Position numbers and translations under genes: made by a program
Notes under the pieces: generated by a model
The model's input: the letters and a program-made list of their open reading frames with translations, nothing else
What the model was told of the DNA's origin: nothing
Databases searched by the model: none
From: Flavobacterium sp.
GTDB lineage: Bacteria > Bacteroidota > Bacteroidia > Flavobacteriales > Flavobacteriaceae
DNA length: 64,000 nucleotides
Reading direction: 5' to 3'
Assembly: GCF_965277525.1 (NCBI RefSeq)
Contig: NZ_CBDIDC010000011.1
Span: forward strand, 687,068 to 751,067
Part shown: piece by piece, positions 42,002 through 52,100 of the stretch
How positions within the stretch are numbered: position 1 is the first letter of the stretch
Layout: each line of letters begins with the position of its first letter

Positions 42002-42946
42002 TTATTTATCACATGGCGCCCCTTTCGGTTCGTTAGCGCCTCTTTGTTCATTATATGTTTCAGCGGCTCTTTCAGAGCCTATTCGATCTCGGTCCGTTTG
42101 ACTGAGATAAGTGTTTGACTCATAAGCGGAAGTTCCCTGCATTGAGCCCCAAGCCATATCTTTATAAAATATTTCAGCCTGACCTTCCGGCACAGCTATT
42201 CCAGTCTGGAACTCCTGTATTGCCGCTGCCATTATATCTATAAAGCTGGCAGCTATTTGATTATGATGCGCTTCCTGCTTATCTCCATTTCCATTGACAT
42301 AGGCTTCATGTAAAAACGGATAATTATCATAGGCATGTGAATTACCGTTATTTGCCCAGTCGTCAAATACTGTATTAAAATAGGCATGAATATACTCATG
42401 CACCAGTGAGGTTGCAATGGATAGCGAAGTTGCATTGCTGTAATTTTCATTTAATACAATATTATATGTTCCGTGCGTTCCGCTATTCATTGTTCTGGCC
42501 AAATCTGTATCTCCTCCCAGTGAACCTACACTGATGTTTACTTTATATAGGGAGTTTGGATTATTGAATTTGTCCGTTATTGCTGCAAATTTTGCCTGAG
42601 TCAGTTTTTCAAGCTTATCATCAACAGCTTCTGAGCAGGGATTATCATCTGAAGGATCTGTAGAAGGATAAGGATCCTCAGGTACGCAAAGGCTCGGATT
42701 GCTGTAGCAGGGATCGTTTTGATTGGGGTCGCAGAATGAAGGGTCGCAGGAACAATCATAACAGGAATTATCAGGTCCACAGAAGAAAGGATCACAGCCG
42801 CAGTCAAAGCATGGTTCCGGATCGGGAGGACCAATAATTACTTCGCCCAGTTCGCCGCCATTTTCATCAATTTGTCCGTAGCTGGTCTGCTGTCCGCACA
42901 AGATGCATAAGAACGTCAGCACTAATATAAAATAATTTTTCTTCAT
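42002..42946 (-). CDS. secreted Cys-rich protein with an HExxH zinc-metallopeptidase-like motif
   Basis: Signal peptide, the duplicated C(F/Y)DC(G/S)CDP(F/S)FC motif, and then SLVHEYIHAY. Confidence 0.45.
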   Translation of the reverse strand: MKKNYFILVLTFLCILCGQQTSYGQIDENGGELGEVIIGPPDPEPCFDCGCDPFFCGPDNSCYDCSCDPSFCDPNQNDPCYSNPSLCVPEDPYPSTDPSDDNPCSEAVDDKLEKLTQAKFAAITDKFNNPNSLYKVNISVGSLGGDTDLARTMNSGTHGTYNIVLNENYSNATSLSIATSLVHEYIHAYFNTVFDDWANNGNSHAYDNYPFLHEAYVNGNGDKQEAHHNQIAASFIDIMAAAIQEFQTGIAVPEGQAEIFYKDMAWGSMQGTSAYESNTYLSQTDRDRIGSERAAETYNEQRGANEPKGAPCDK

Positions 42947-42952
42947 GAAGCT

Positions 42953-44497
42953 TTATTTTTTTATTAAAATTGTTTTTATCATTTTGGTTCCGTATTTCAG
43001 ATTAAGGATATAGTTTCCAGGAGGCGCGTTAAATGGTATAGCCAGCTCCTGATGGCCGGAGTCTAAAGTTTTGAGTTTCTGCTGGTTTACTAAAAAACCT
43101 GTGAAGGAATAAATATCAATGCTTATGTCCGTATGCTCTGCAAGTTCAAAACTTAAATTAAAGGTATCTGAAGTAACAGGATTTGGATAGACAATAAGCT
43201 GCGAAAGGATCTGTTGGGTCTTGTCATCTGCAGTTGGGGCATTTCGTTGCAGGCTTAAATACATGGGTTTTTCATTCTCATGCTCTTTAAGATCATAAAG
43301 CTGGATGTTTCCAGCTATATAGACTGCATTATCTTTTTCAAGATATTGTACTCTGGCCTGCTTAAATTCGTATGTTTTTGGCATGTTGTTGGAAAAATGT
43401 TCTATGCGGTCAATTTTTGAATTTTCAAAAACAATTGCATCAGAGGTAATTTCAGCTTTAAACTGGGCCTGATCACCTTCTTTTTCTTTCCAGATCCCTG
43501 AAAGAATTTTACCTTTCTGGTCTAAAGTCACCTCAAGCGGGGTTCTGCTGATTATGTTTTGCCCGCTCCAGTCGTAACGGATTAAATGTCCTGTATAAAC
43601 GCCGCTGATATCTCCCTGTATTGTTTTTTGATTTACGTTCTGGAATTTTTCAGGTGCTGTGCCTTCCGTAAGCGTATTTACGGTTTCTGCCGGTGCAGAT
43701 ACCGTTGTGTTCTGATTTGGCGCATCATTCTCAGCAGAGGGAGTCTGCAGTTCAATGGATGCATTTTTATATCCCAGAGACGCAGATTTTCTGAGCCAGT
43801 AGTCTGCTTTTGCCGGATCTATGGCAGTTCCGTAGCCATTGCGGTAAGATAATCCAAGCATATACATCCCTGCACTGCCACCTTTGTCCGCGGCAAGCTG
43901 AAACAGCTCAATGGCTTTCTTGTAATCCTGCGCTGTTCCAAAACCTTTGTAATGAAGGTAGCCCTGTCCAAAGATACAGTCCTGGATGCCTAGATCACCG
44001 CCCTGTTTCCAGATGCTCATCGCAAGGGCATAATTCTGGGGTGTGCCTAAACCTTTTGAGGTCATCTGGCCCCAGTAAAAAAAGGCATAGTTATAACCGG
44101 CTTTAGCCGCTTTTTCAAAATAACCTACTGCCTTTGCTTCGTCCTTAAGAACTCCGGTTCTATTTTTATAAAGCAGCGCCATATTGTAATATGCTTTGGC
44201 ATAGCCGCTCTGCGCCGCTTTCTCCAGCCATTCCAAGGCTATGGATTCATTCGCTTGGGTAACTGTACCCTGGCTGTAAATAATCCCTAAAGCATTCATA
44301 GCTTCAGAATTTCCCTGTGATGCCAGCTCTCTGTAAGTATTGAGCGCGGCTGGCGGATTGTAATTTTTAGTGCCCTTTTCAAGCTGTTGCTTTGCTGCTT
44401 TCAGCTTATTTTGCGTGTTGGCATTTTCCTGCGAAAAACTGCTGGCGCACGAAAAAAGGAGCAGCAGAAAGATTCCTGTTCTAATTGTTTTTTTCAT
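42953..44497 (-). CDS. Sel1-repeat protein with a T9SS C-terminal sorting domain
   Basis: Repeated A..GN..A...LG..Y..G Sel1 units. The C-terminus reads LIVYPNPVTSDTFNLSF...GNYILNLKYG...ILIKK. Confidence 0.7.
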   Translation of the reverse strand: MKKTIRTGIFLLLLFSCASSFSQENANTQNKLKAAKQQLEKGTKNYNPPAALNTYRELASQGNSEAMNALGIIYSQGTVTQANESIALEWLEKAAQSGYAKAYYNMALLYKNRTGVLKDEAKAVGYFEKAAKAGYNYAFFYWGQMTSKGLGTPQNYALAMSIWKQGGDLGIQDCIFGQGYLHYKGFGTAQDYKKAIELFQLAADKGGSAGMYMLGLSYRNGYGTAIDPAKADYWLRKSASLGYKNASIELQTPSAENDAPNQNTTVSAPAETVNTLTEGTAPEKFQNVNQKTIQGDISGVYTGHLIRYDWSGQNIISRTPLEVTLDQKGKILSGIWKEKEGDQAQFKAEITSDAIVFENSKIDRIEHFSNNMPKTYEFKQARVQYLEKDNAVYIAGNIQLYDLKEHENEKPMYLSLQRNAPTADDKTQQILSQLIVYPNPVTSDTFNLSFELAEHTDISIDIYSFTGFLVNQQKLKTLDSGHQELAIPFNAPPGNYILNLKYGTKMIKTILIKK

Positions 44498-44600
44498 TGG
44501 TTTTTATAATATTCACTGGTTACTGATTATGATTTTAATTCATGATTAAGACAGGGCGGTATTCTTTTAGTTTTCAGGTTTCCATATGCCTGCTTCAGGG

Positions 44601-45887
44601 TTACCACTTCAAATCGTTTTTTGTACTTTTAGCAGTGTCTCTACTTTTCTGTAAAGCATCAAGTTGTTTTAAAAGTTCTGGCTTTTTGAGTTCTGCATCA
44701 CGTCTGCTGAAGATGTTTGCGGCATTATTATTCATCTTTACTTTATCGCTCGCAATGAGAAAATTCAGGTGATAGTGGATAAATTCTTTAAGATTTGAAG
44801 TTTTATCTAAGCCCTTGGTAAGGCCCAACTGCTCAAGTTCCTCCCAATTGTTTACCGCCAGATGTGAGGCAGCTTTTTCATTTTTCTTAAGCAGTAATTT
44901 TTCTACCTGTCTGGCTTCAAGTATGTTAGTTGTAGTTTTATTTTCAAAAAGGGCATATTCATTTTTCTTATAAATCGTCTGGTAATTTTTTTCATCTTTA
45001 AGTTTTGTTATTTCCAGGTCCTTATATTTTGAGAGAATAGAATCTGTCTGGGAAGGATTAAGCTCCAAGTCTTTTCCATATTTAATTGCTGTAGAAAAAA
45101 GATTGGTTTTATAAGGGCCATCAGCCAGGATATTGTATCGGGTTAAGATGGCAGGCTGTTTATATAGCATGAGGGCATTTCTGACTTCCCTGTTTTTTAT
45201 TATTCCTAATTTTTCTGACTGAGGATCAACAACCGCATTTACCGTTAAATTATAATTATACAGCTGTGTGTACACAATGCTACTGTCCCTGCTGGAAGCT
45301 AGTTTATAATTCAGGATATTCTTCCAGTCTCTTTTGGTTTCTTCTGCAGAGAGAGAGGAATAAATCTTCTTGATGAGTGCTGCAAATTGTACTTTATCAA
45401 GGACGGACTCCAGCTTGGCATTATAAAACTGAATCTTTTTATGGAAATCATTAATAATAACAGAATCTGCAGCTTCGTTCTGCTGGCGTATACGGGTGAT
45501 CTGGTCGGGAGTCAGTTTCAGAAGAGAAGCTGATTTTAAAGCTGCTAAAAATCTGTTGTCTGGGTCTGTTCTGTAAAAGAATTCCTCGATTTCTTCCTGC
45601 GAGCATATTCCTTTAAAGAAAGTTTTCTCTGTTACGTAGTATTTCTTAAGTTCTGAAACAGGTCTTCCCTTTGATAATGCGGTATTGGCAAGACTGTCTC
45701 TTTTAAATAATTTTTCTCCGATTTTGATCTGTTTTTCTTCATTAAGAGTTATTTTGGATGACATCATATCTATCTGATAGATAATCGAGGCCGGAAAGCG
45801 CTTAATTACCTTTGGGCTTATCTGTGCCGGAACCAGAACAGGAACTGTCAGACAGAGACTGATCAGTATTAGTTTGATTGTTTTCAT
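44601..45887 (-). CDS. secreted hypothetical protein (start moved to the signal-peptide Met)
   Basis: The track ORF extends to 45989, but MKTIKLILISLCLTVPVLVPAQ at 45887 is a signal peptide. Using it removes the overlap with the upstream gene. Confidence 0.5.
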   Translation of the reverse strand: MKTIKLILISLCLTVPVLVPAQISPKVIKRFPASIIYQIDMMSSKITLNEEKQIKIGEKLFKRDSLANTALSKGRPVSELKKYYVTEKTFFKGICSQEEIEEFFYRTDPDNRFLAALKSASLLKLTPDQITRIRQQNEAADSVIINDFHKKIQFYNAKLESVLDKVQFAALIKKIYSSLSAEETKRDWKNILNYKLASSRDSSIVYTQLYNYNLTVNAVVDPQSEKLGIIKNREVRNALMLYKQPAILTRYNILADGPYKTNLFSTAIKYGKDLELNPSQTDSILSKYKDLEITKLKDEKNYQTIYKKNEYALFENKTTTNILEARQVEKLLLKKNEKAASHLAVNNWEELEQLGLTKGLDKTSNLKEFIHYHLNFLIASDKVKMNNNAANIFSRRDAELKKPELLKQLDALQKSRDTAKSTKNDLKW

Positions 45888-45939
45888 TTTGGTTTTTCTT
45901 TTTTCTTTTAATTTTATTTTATGTTGCTTTGCGGACATG

Positions 45940-47478
45940 CTAGAACCATGTTCGTTCTCCTTTATCATCAATAATAAATGGTCTTTCATATCCTTTGGAA
46001 CTGCTGGCTAAAAGCAAGAGCAGAGCATTTTTCGGAACTTTAGTAAACAATAATGACTGGGTGGTCTGGGTGGCTGTCTGCGCATCAATGAGTTTCCATC
46101 CGTCATTCCAGTAAAACAGCTTATAAACTGCTCCGGGTTTAAAAATCAGATAGTTTGTGAGCTGTGTTATTGAGATGTCCCGGCTCTGGTTAAGATCAGG
46201 AGCTAAAACACGGGTTTCACCGTCTGTAACAATTACCGGAGGTCCCGCATTGGTCATTTTATCATTATTGTAGTATTGCGGAAGAACAACAGTCCCCTGG
46301 CATATCCGGGTGAACTCTGCTTTATTGTTATTGGTTTTCCCCCACCAGAAGGGCTTCCAGCTTAAACCGTTGAAGGTTGCTAGATACACAATTTTAGAAT
46401 AGGCTGGCGCAGGATACAAATCGCATTGGATTGTACTGGTTTTCCAGTACTCCTGTGTCACATCAATATAGTTCTGATCCCGCAGATAGCCTTTTGGGAT
46501 ATTTTCAGGGTCTTCAAAACTGGCAAGGGTTTCAGGCTGTTTAGAATAAGTCAGCCGCAGCACTTTGGCAGGCTCACGTCTCAATTTTTCGTTGATTTCT
46601 TTTGAGCCATAATCAAAAAGGACACTTTCGTTATTATCTCCAAAAAATACATTGATGGAGTGTCCGCCGGTAGATGTTGCCCAATAGGGAATGATATTTA
46701 TGGCAGCAGGAATACCCGTGGCCCGCATTGTGAAAATGCCCAGGTCAGCAAGATCATCACAATTGCCTTGTTTTCTCAGCAGCAGTTGCAAACTTCCCAG
46801 TCTCGGCAACGGTTCTTTGCGGGCTCCGCTTCCCCAGGTGTTGGCGAACCAGGAATTAGCTTCGTCTCTGACAAATGGCAGAGTGGTTTCAAAACCATCA
46901 GACTGAATCCGGTCGCGGAGCCAGGCAAATTTTGTTCTGTAAGCAGTGCGCCAGTCCTGCAGCGGTTCTACGCTGGCACGGTAAGGCAGAATGTATTGGC
47001 AGAAATCTTCGAAAGAAATATTGTTTACAGGGGATTCTTTCCATGCGCTGAAGGCCTGTTCAATATTTGCAGTTAAATAATCCGCTTTTATGTTTTCCAG
47101 ATCTTTTAAGATGATTTTTTTGGGCTGCAAACCCGGATTCTGTTCTTTAATAAGTTCAAAAGCCTTTACCGCCCCTTCAAAATCAGGATATTCAAGTTCA
47201 TTGTAAGGTATTTTTGCCCCAGCCGTATTTTCCCAGTAATAATCTGAGCTGTTATGGATATCCATGCTGGAGATTAAAAAGTAAATGGCTTTCAGTTTTA
47301 GCGGATCACCGCTCTTTTTACAATAGGCGATAGCCTTTTCTAATTCAATGCGGTTATTTCCTGCTTTAACAAGGTTCTGTTCCACTACAGCGGGATATTG
47401 GGCCAGTGCGTGGGCGGAACAGAGAAAAATAAAGACCAGCTGTTTAAATGAAGCAGAAAGGGGTAATTTTTTAAGCAT
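45940..47478 (-). CDS. transglutaminase-like cysteine peptidase-fold protein, secreted
   Basis: Signal peptide. QGNCDDLADLGIFTMRATGIPA is the transglutaminase core Cys motif, followed by GGHSINVFF. Confidence 0.65.
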   Translation of the reverse strand: MLKKLPLSASFKQLVFIFLCSAHALAQYPAVVEQNLVKAGNNRIELEKAIAYCKKSGDPLKLKAIYFLISSMDIHNSSDYYWENTAGAKIPYNELEYPDFEGAVKAFELIKEQNPGLQPKKIILKDLENIKADYLTANIEQAFSAWKESPVNNISFEDFCQYILPYRASVEPLQDWRTAYRTKFAWLRDRIQSDGFETTLPFVRDEANSWFANTWGSGARKEPLPRLGSLQLLLRKQGNCDDLADLGIFTMRATGIPAAINIIPYWATSTGGHSINVFFGDNNESVLFDYGSKEINEKLRREPAKVLRLTYSKQPETLASFEDPENIPKGYLRDQNYIDVTQEYWKTSTIQCDLYPAPAYSKIVYLATFNGLSWKPFWWGKTNNNKAEFTRICQGTVVLPQYYNNDKMTNAGPPVIVTDGETRVLAPDLNQSRDISITQLTNYLIFKPGAVYKLFYWNDGWKLIDAQTATQTTQSLLFTKVPKNALLLLLASSSKGYERPFIIDDKGERTWF

Positions 47479-47479
47479 A

Positions 47480-49360
47480 TTATTTAGTTATTTTCGAAAT
47501 TTCAGATGCTGGATGCTGTTGGTCGTCCAGAATTTTTAAGAGTTTATAGGCTGCTCTTTTGTAATGAGTGACCTTATCCGAGAAGATTTTAGGATGCAGG
47601 TCCAGAATTCCGCGGGCTTCTTTGACAGTGTTTGCTGTATCTTTATTTTGCAGATATGCATTCATTAACGCAAAGCGGTAAGCAAATTTTGAAGGGTGCA
47701 GCATGACTAATTGATAATACTGTTTGACTGCCTGGGGATACTGTTTTAATTTTTCGTAACAAACGCCCGAAGCGAGATACAGTTCCGGATGGACACTGGT
47801 CTCTTTAGCTTTTTGTATGCATCTTATTGCAGAGGAGTAGTTCTGCATTTTGAAATGAATGCCGGCATAGTTTTTCCAGTAATCACAGTTGTTTTTCAGG
47901 CGCTTTTCTAAAGACGGCATACAGAGAAGAGCTTTCTGTATGTGCCCTTCTTTTTTGAACAGAAAGGCTTTTCTGTTCTGTATGTCAGCTGAGGCAATGG
48001 CGAAAATGGAGAACATTAAATATATGCTTACGAAGATTAATGCAGTATATGCAGTAATGGAAAATGAGCGGTGCTTTTCAAGAAAAACCAGTCTGCGGGA
48101 AAGTTTAACCGGCTCAATTATGCTGCAGATGATGGCCGCATAAATTGTCATCATTGCCATTGCGGGAACAGATTGAATGGTAAAGTTCACAAGCCCCATG
48201 CTTAAAAACGCGACTACTCCTGAATAACTCAGATTATAGAGACTGCCGCTATGATCAGCAGAAGTTTTTTCCTGGGCAAGAACTGCTTTTACTGGATTTT
48301 TTTTCTGCCTGACTGAAATGATGAGAGATCCAAAGAAACATGACATAATCAGTAAACCGGCAAAACCGCCTTCGGTTAAGTTTTGAAGAATTTCATTCTG
48401 TGCAAAAACTGTCGGGCCTGCATTTTGAAGTTCTTTTGGCGTAGCTTTCCCTTCCTGTATGTACTGAGCTTGAAATAAATTAAAATCTCTTTGGAATAAG
48501 CCATATCCGCAACCTAGAACCGGATTGTCCATGATCATCAGTGAAGACAGTTTCCAGATAAAGATCCTTCCGTCAGCTGAAGCTTTTTTGCTTTTATATA
48601 ACTGGTTTCCTAAAGCGGCTAAAACTAGTAAGCTTATGACAATTAAAGCCTTTAGAGTAGTTCTATTTTTTTCTTTTTTTGCCCAGCTTATAAAGGAATA
48701 TTCTAAACTAAAGTAAACCGCTGCGGCAACGGCACTTCCAATAATCGCAGCTCTGCATTTAAGAAGCAGCAATGCGGTTATTACGATTGTAAAACCCATC
48801 AAGTATTTCTTTTTATGTGGGCTTTTAAAACGATACAGAAAAACAGGGACCGACATTGCCAGAAAAATGGCAGTAACGTTTGGATTCATCCAAGTTCCTG
48901 TAACGGGGAAAAAGTCACTTTTACTTTTTAAAAACCCGGTAAACTGCAGAATGCAGTAACAGGATTCTAAAATAGAAACTGCTATTATACCCGTGAAGAA
49001 CCTGTAAAATTTAAATTCAGTTGAGCTAAATGCAGTAACCAGACTGAATAATAATAGTAGATGCGCGCTTATATATAGCAGAAATGAGCTAGATCCCGAT
49101 TTGTATATATTGTGAAATAAAATATACAGGAACCATATTGCAAAGTATAATAGGGGTAGTTTAAGATGAGATAAATTATATCCTTTGCAAATATTATTAA
49201 TTGCGACATAAGCCGTGAAAATTAATGCAGTTGTACAAAATATATAGTAGGAAGCAAAAGTTGGGTTAAAAAAGCAATCAATATTAAGTAAGCTTCCGGT
49301 TATAATCAGAAGAAGAGAGATATCATAGAATCCCGCTGTTTTTATTTTTAATTTAGTCAT
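47480..49360 (-). CDS. O-antigen ligase (Wzy_C)-like polytopic membrane protein with a C-terminal TPR domain
   Basis: At least 10 hydrophobic helices and a large loop with FIWKLSSLMIMDNPVLGCGYGLF. The C-terminal TPR units include YYQLVMLHPSKFAYRFALMNAY. Confidence 0.6.
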   Translation of the reverse strand: MTKLKIKTAGFYDISLLLIITGSLLNIDCFFNPTFASYYIFCTTALIFTAYVAINNICKGYNLSHLKLPLLYFAIWFLYILFHNIYKSGSSSFLLYISAHLLLLFSLVTAFSSTEFKFYRFFTGIIAVSILESCYCILQFTGFLKSKSDFFPVTGTWMNPNVTAIFLAMSVPVFLYRFKSPHKKKYLMGFTIVITALLLLKCRAAIIGSAVAAAVYFSLEYSFISWAKKEKNRTTLKALIVISLLVLAALGNQLYKSKKASADGRIFIWKLSSLMIMDNPVLGCGYGLFQRDFNLFQAQYIQEGKATPKELQNAGPTVFAQNEILQNLTEGGFAGLLIMSCFFGSLIISVRQKKNPVKAVLAQEKTSADHSGSLYNLSYSGVVAFLSMGLVNFTIQSVPAMAMMTIYAAIICSIIEPVKLSRRLVFLEKHRSFSITAYTALIFVSIYLMFSIFAIASADIQNRKAFLFKKEGHIQKALLCMPSLEKRLKNNCDYWKNYAGIHFKMQNYSSAIRCIQKAKETSVHPELYLASGVCYEKLKQYPQAVKQYYQLVMLHPSKFAYRFALMNAYLQNKDTANTVKEARGILDLHPKIFSDKVTHYKRAAYKLLKILDDQQHPASEISKITK

Positions 49361-50223
49361 TTCTCAACCGTTCCCATTTAAGTTTATTTAAAGATTTGGG
49401 ATAGCTAAAGTATTCGGGAATGTCTATATAGACTTTTAAATTTGATTAAAAAACTTTCAAATTTGATTAAATTGATGTTTTTTTAAGCTGACTATGCTTA
49501 CAAAGCGAGTAAATATTGGGGTTGTTGGTATCTTGAGTTAAGTCCTTTAGCTTAAAAAGTTTTAGTTTATTTAAAGGAATAGAAGTTTAAGGGATAAAAA
49601 ACAGTAAGAAATGATAAATTACGATAAATTGATTTAACTAAAAATATAACTTTAAAACAGATTATCTCATCAAATTTTGTGATAACTTCTTTTTTATTCA
49701 CTTAATTTAAATTCTAATTCATACGTTAAGATGAAGTAATATTATATTTCTTTTTAATTGCTTGAATTTCTTTCTCTAATTTGTTGAGAATCTCTAAATC
49801 CGATTTTAACATCTTTGGATTAGTTTTATTCAGTTTCTTATTGAGCAATAGCATTTCTCTTCCAATGGTTGCCTGTCTGTTATTGCATAAGCCCCGGTCT
49901 GTTTGACAGAAGCATGGCCAAGCAGTTCTTTTACAACATTTATTGGAACATAAGTGCACTTGAAAATCGATGTTATATTATATAATATATTCGAATCTAA
50001 CTGTTGTCTCTCTTGTCATTACTGCAATTATAATTCTAAAAAAAAAATTTGTGCCACGATTTTGCCAAGAAACCTAAATGCTATTTTTTGTATACTTTTT
50101 TTTGATAAAAAATGACTCTAACTTGTTTAAAATTAATGTTATAATTGGTGATAGCTTAGGTGTTGAAAAATACATTTTTTATCCTTTTTTAATGGAATAA
50201 AAGCGGACTCATAAGAAAGAATT

Positions 50224-50829
50224 TTAATCAATTACAATGCTATTAATTGCTTTTTTCATCGCATGTTCTTTTAATTCTGAAACTTTTAATCCTTCCGCTC
50301 GGAATGCCGTAAGATCTGTCATACCTAAGAATCCTAGAAAAGCCTTTAAATAAGGAACTACAAAGTCATTAACTTGACCTGGGCCTTCTGAATAAACACC
50401 GCCAGAAGACATTGCTATATATACTTTTTTCCCTGTTACCAACCCAATTGGCCTGCCATCTTCACTATATCCAAAAGTTACTCCTGGTCTTGTAATGTGG
50501 TCAATCCATGCTTTTAATGCGGAATGGATGGTAAAATTGTAAAGTGGGGCACCGATAACAATGATATCTGCCGCCTGCAATTGCTTAAGTAAATTATTAG
50601 AAAACGTGATAGATTTTTTTTCTTCTTCGTTTAGATAATCAGCAGGAGTGAATAATTTACGAAGGGATTCAGTATTAAGATGCGGTATTTCAAGATCAAC
50701 CAGATTTGTTTCTTCTAGGGTACTATTGGGATACCTTTCTTGAATTTTTTCGATAATAGCCTTACCCAGCTTAATACTGTATGATTCTTTTGGCTGAATA
50801 CTTGATATTAAATGAAGAATGTGTTTCAT
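50224..50829 (-). CDS. azoR: FMN-dependent NADH-azoreductase
   Basis: End-to-end similarity to AzoR: ...IIVIGAPLYNFTIHSALKAWIDHITRPGVTFGYSEDGRPIGLVTGKK...PYLKAFLGFLGMTD. Confidence 0.85.
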   Translation of the reverse strand: MKHILHLISSIQPKESYSIKLGKAIIEKIQERYPNSTLEETNLVDLEIPHLNTESLRKLFTPADYLNEEEKKSITFSNNLLKQLQAADIIVIGAPLYNFTIHSALKAWIDHITRPGVTFGYSEDGRPIGLVTGKKVYIAMSSGGVYSEGPGQVNDFVVPYLKAFLGFLGMTDLTAFRAEGLKVSELKEHAMKKAINSIVID

Positions 50830-51004
50830 AACTTATACGTTTTTAAAGTTTATTTTTTTATGCTCTAATAATTATTTAACAATTAAGTAATGATTAGAGT
50901 CATAGCTTTTATTTAATACAAAGTTACTGTTGCAAAGTATGTAAAAGACAGCGGTTTCCTAAAGGAAACTAGTTACTTTTAGGAAAGTTTGTATCTTTAC
51001 TCCC

Positions 51005-51376
51005 ATGAAAACAATTGAAAAACAGGAGCTTCCAACTAATGATGAATGTGCAGGATCACTTAGAAATATTATAGATGCACTCTATGTTTTAAATGGAAAA
51101 TGGAAGATTGCTTTAATTCTAAGTTTAATTCAATCTTCAAAACGTTTTAACGAAATAAAAAAAGAGATTGAAGGTATATCTCCAAAGATTTTGGCAAAAG
51201 AACTCAAAGATTTGGAATTAAATGATTTTGTTAAGCGTACTGTGCATCAGACCATTCCAGTTAGTGTTGTTTATGAGGTAACTGATTATAGTAAGACCTT
51301 GAAAAGTGTAATACACGAGCTAAGTAACTGGGGGAAGATGCATAGAGAAAAAGTCAAAGAAAGCATGAGGAAATAA
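51005..51376 (+). CDS. HxlR-family winged-helix transcriptional regulator
   Basis: LNGKWKIALILSLIQSSKRFNEIKKEIEGISPKILAKELKDLELNDFVKR. Divergent from azoR. Confidence 0.85.
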   Translation: MKTIEKQELPTNDECAGSLRNIIDALYVLNGKWKIALILSLIQSSKRFNEIKKEIEGISPKILAKELKDLELNDFVKRTVHQTIPVSVVYEVTDYSKTLKSVIHELSNWGKMHREKVKESMRK

Positions 51377-51795
51377 AATCGTAAGTGACTAGATTCAGAC
51401 GAAGAAACTAAAAATCTTTGTATAATTCTCAGTATTTTATTGTAGAGGAGGGCCACCTGAACTTTAACTTTAAGTCTTTCGATATTGGGCGATAACAATC
51501 TTCTTGAAAAGTGGGGCATCTATAGGATCACTTTTTCCTAGTCTTTTGCCTTTTTCAAAGTTGTGGAGTGTTAACTTGTCGTAAAATTAATAGATAGTAA
51601 ATACTTCGGATCTAACTTTACTGGTATATTTCAAAAAAACGGTATTAACTTTTTGTGGCAGAAAAGGTATTCACTCCATTGGATTCGGGATTAAAAACAA
51701 CTACAAAGGGCTGGCATTATGGCTTACCCTTTGTAGTGTAAAGCTTAAAAATTTATAATAGCATAACGGAAGTATGACTAATTCTGTGTTTTTTA

Positions 51796-52095
51796 TTAAT
51801 TAGAAACCTGTTCTAATTCTATCAATTGTATAGGTTCAAGCATCAGTTCGTTTATTTGCGATGCAAAGTTTTTGAAGTGTGCTGTGTTTCCGTGGGCTTC
51901 AAAAGCTTTGTAATCTTTAAACGCCTCGCGCATGTAAAATGTACCGGTCTGATTTTTATCTTCAAAAAGAATATACTCCAAACATCCTTCTTCTTTACGG
52001 GTGGGAGTGATGAGTTTTAATAATTCCTCCCGTAGTTTTTCCCGCTTGCCGCTTTTGGCTTTTAGTACGGCCATAGTTATATAATTATTTTTCAT
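51796..52095 (-). CDS. antibiotic-biosynthesis-monooxygenase (ABM/YgiN-like) domain protein
   Basis: ~100 aa, with a ferredoxin-like fold pattern: ...EEGCLEYILFEDKNQTGTFYMREAFKDYKAFEAHGNTAHFKNF. Confidence 0.7.
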   Translation of the reverse strand: MKNNYITMAVLKAKSGKREKLREELLKLITPTRKEEGCLEYILFEDKNQTGTFYMREAFKDYKAFEAHGNTAHFKNFASQINELMLEPIQLIELEQVSN

Positions 52096-52100
52096 GGTTA

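Noticed and set aside
43586-47076. Plus-strand ORFs 43586..43852, 43810..44106, 46660..47076 and 46691..46906
   Set aside because: They are antisense to long, motif-supported minus-strand genes. Their Arg/Cys/Ser-rich translations are typical of GC-richer shadow frames.
49726-49959. Minus-strand 77-aa ORF in the 49.4-50.2 kb intergenic region
   Set aside because: The N-terminal half is Cys/Arg-rich and implausible. Only the last ~40 codons look protein-like, with no supporting motif or signals.
51430-51640. Possible gene remnant on the minus strand (…LTLHNFEKGKRLGKSDPIDAPLFKKIVIAQYRKT*); also the track ORF 51286..51519
   Set aside because: The open stretch is short, with no start codon and no recognisable family. 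The resemblance of SDPIDA to the IS110 K.D..DA motif is too weak to call.
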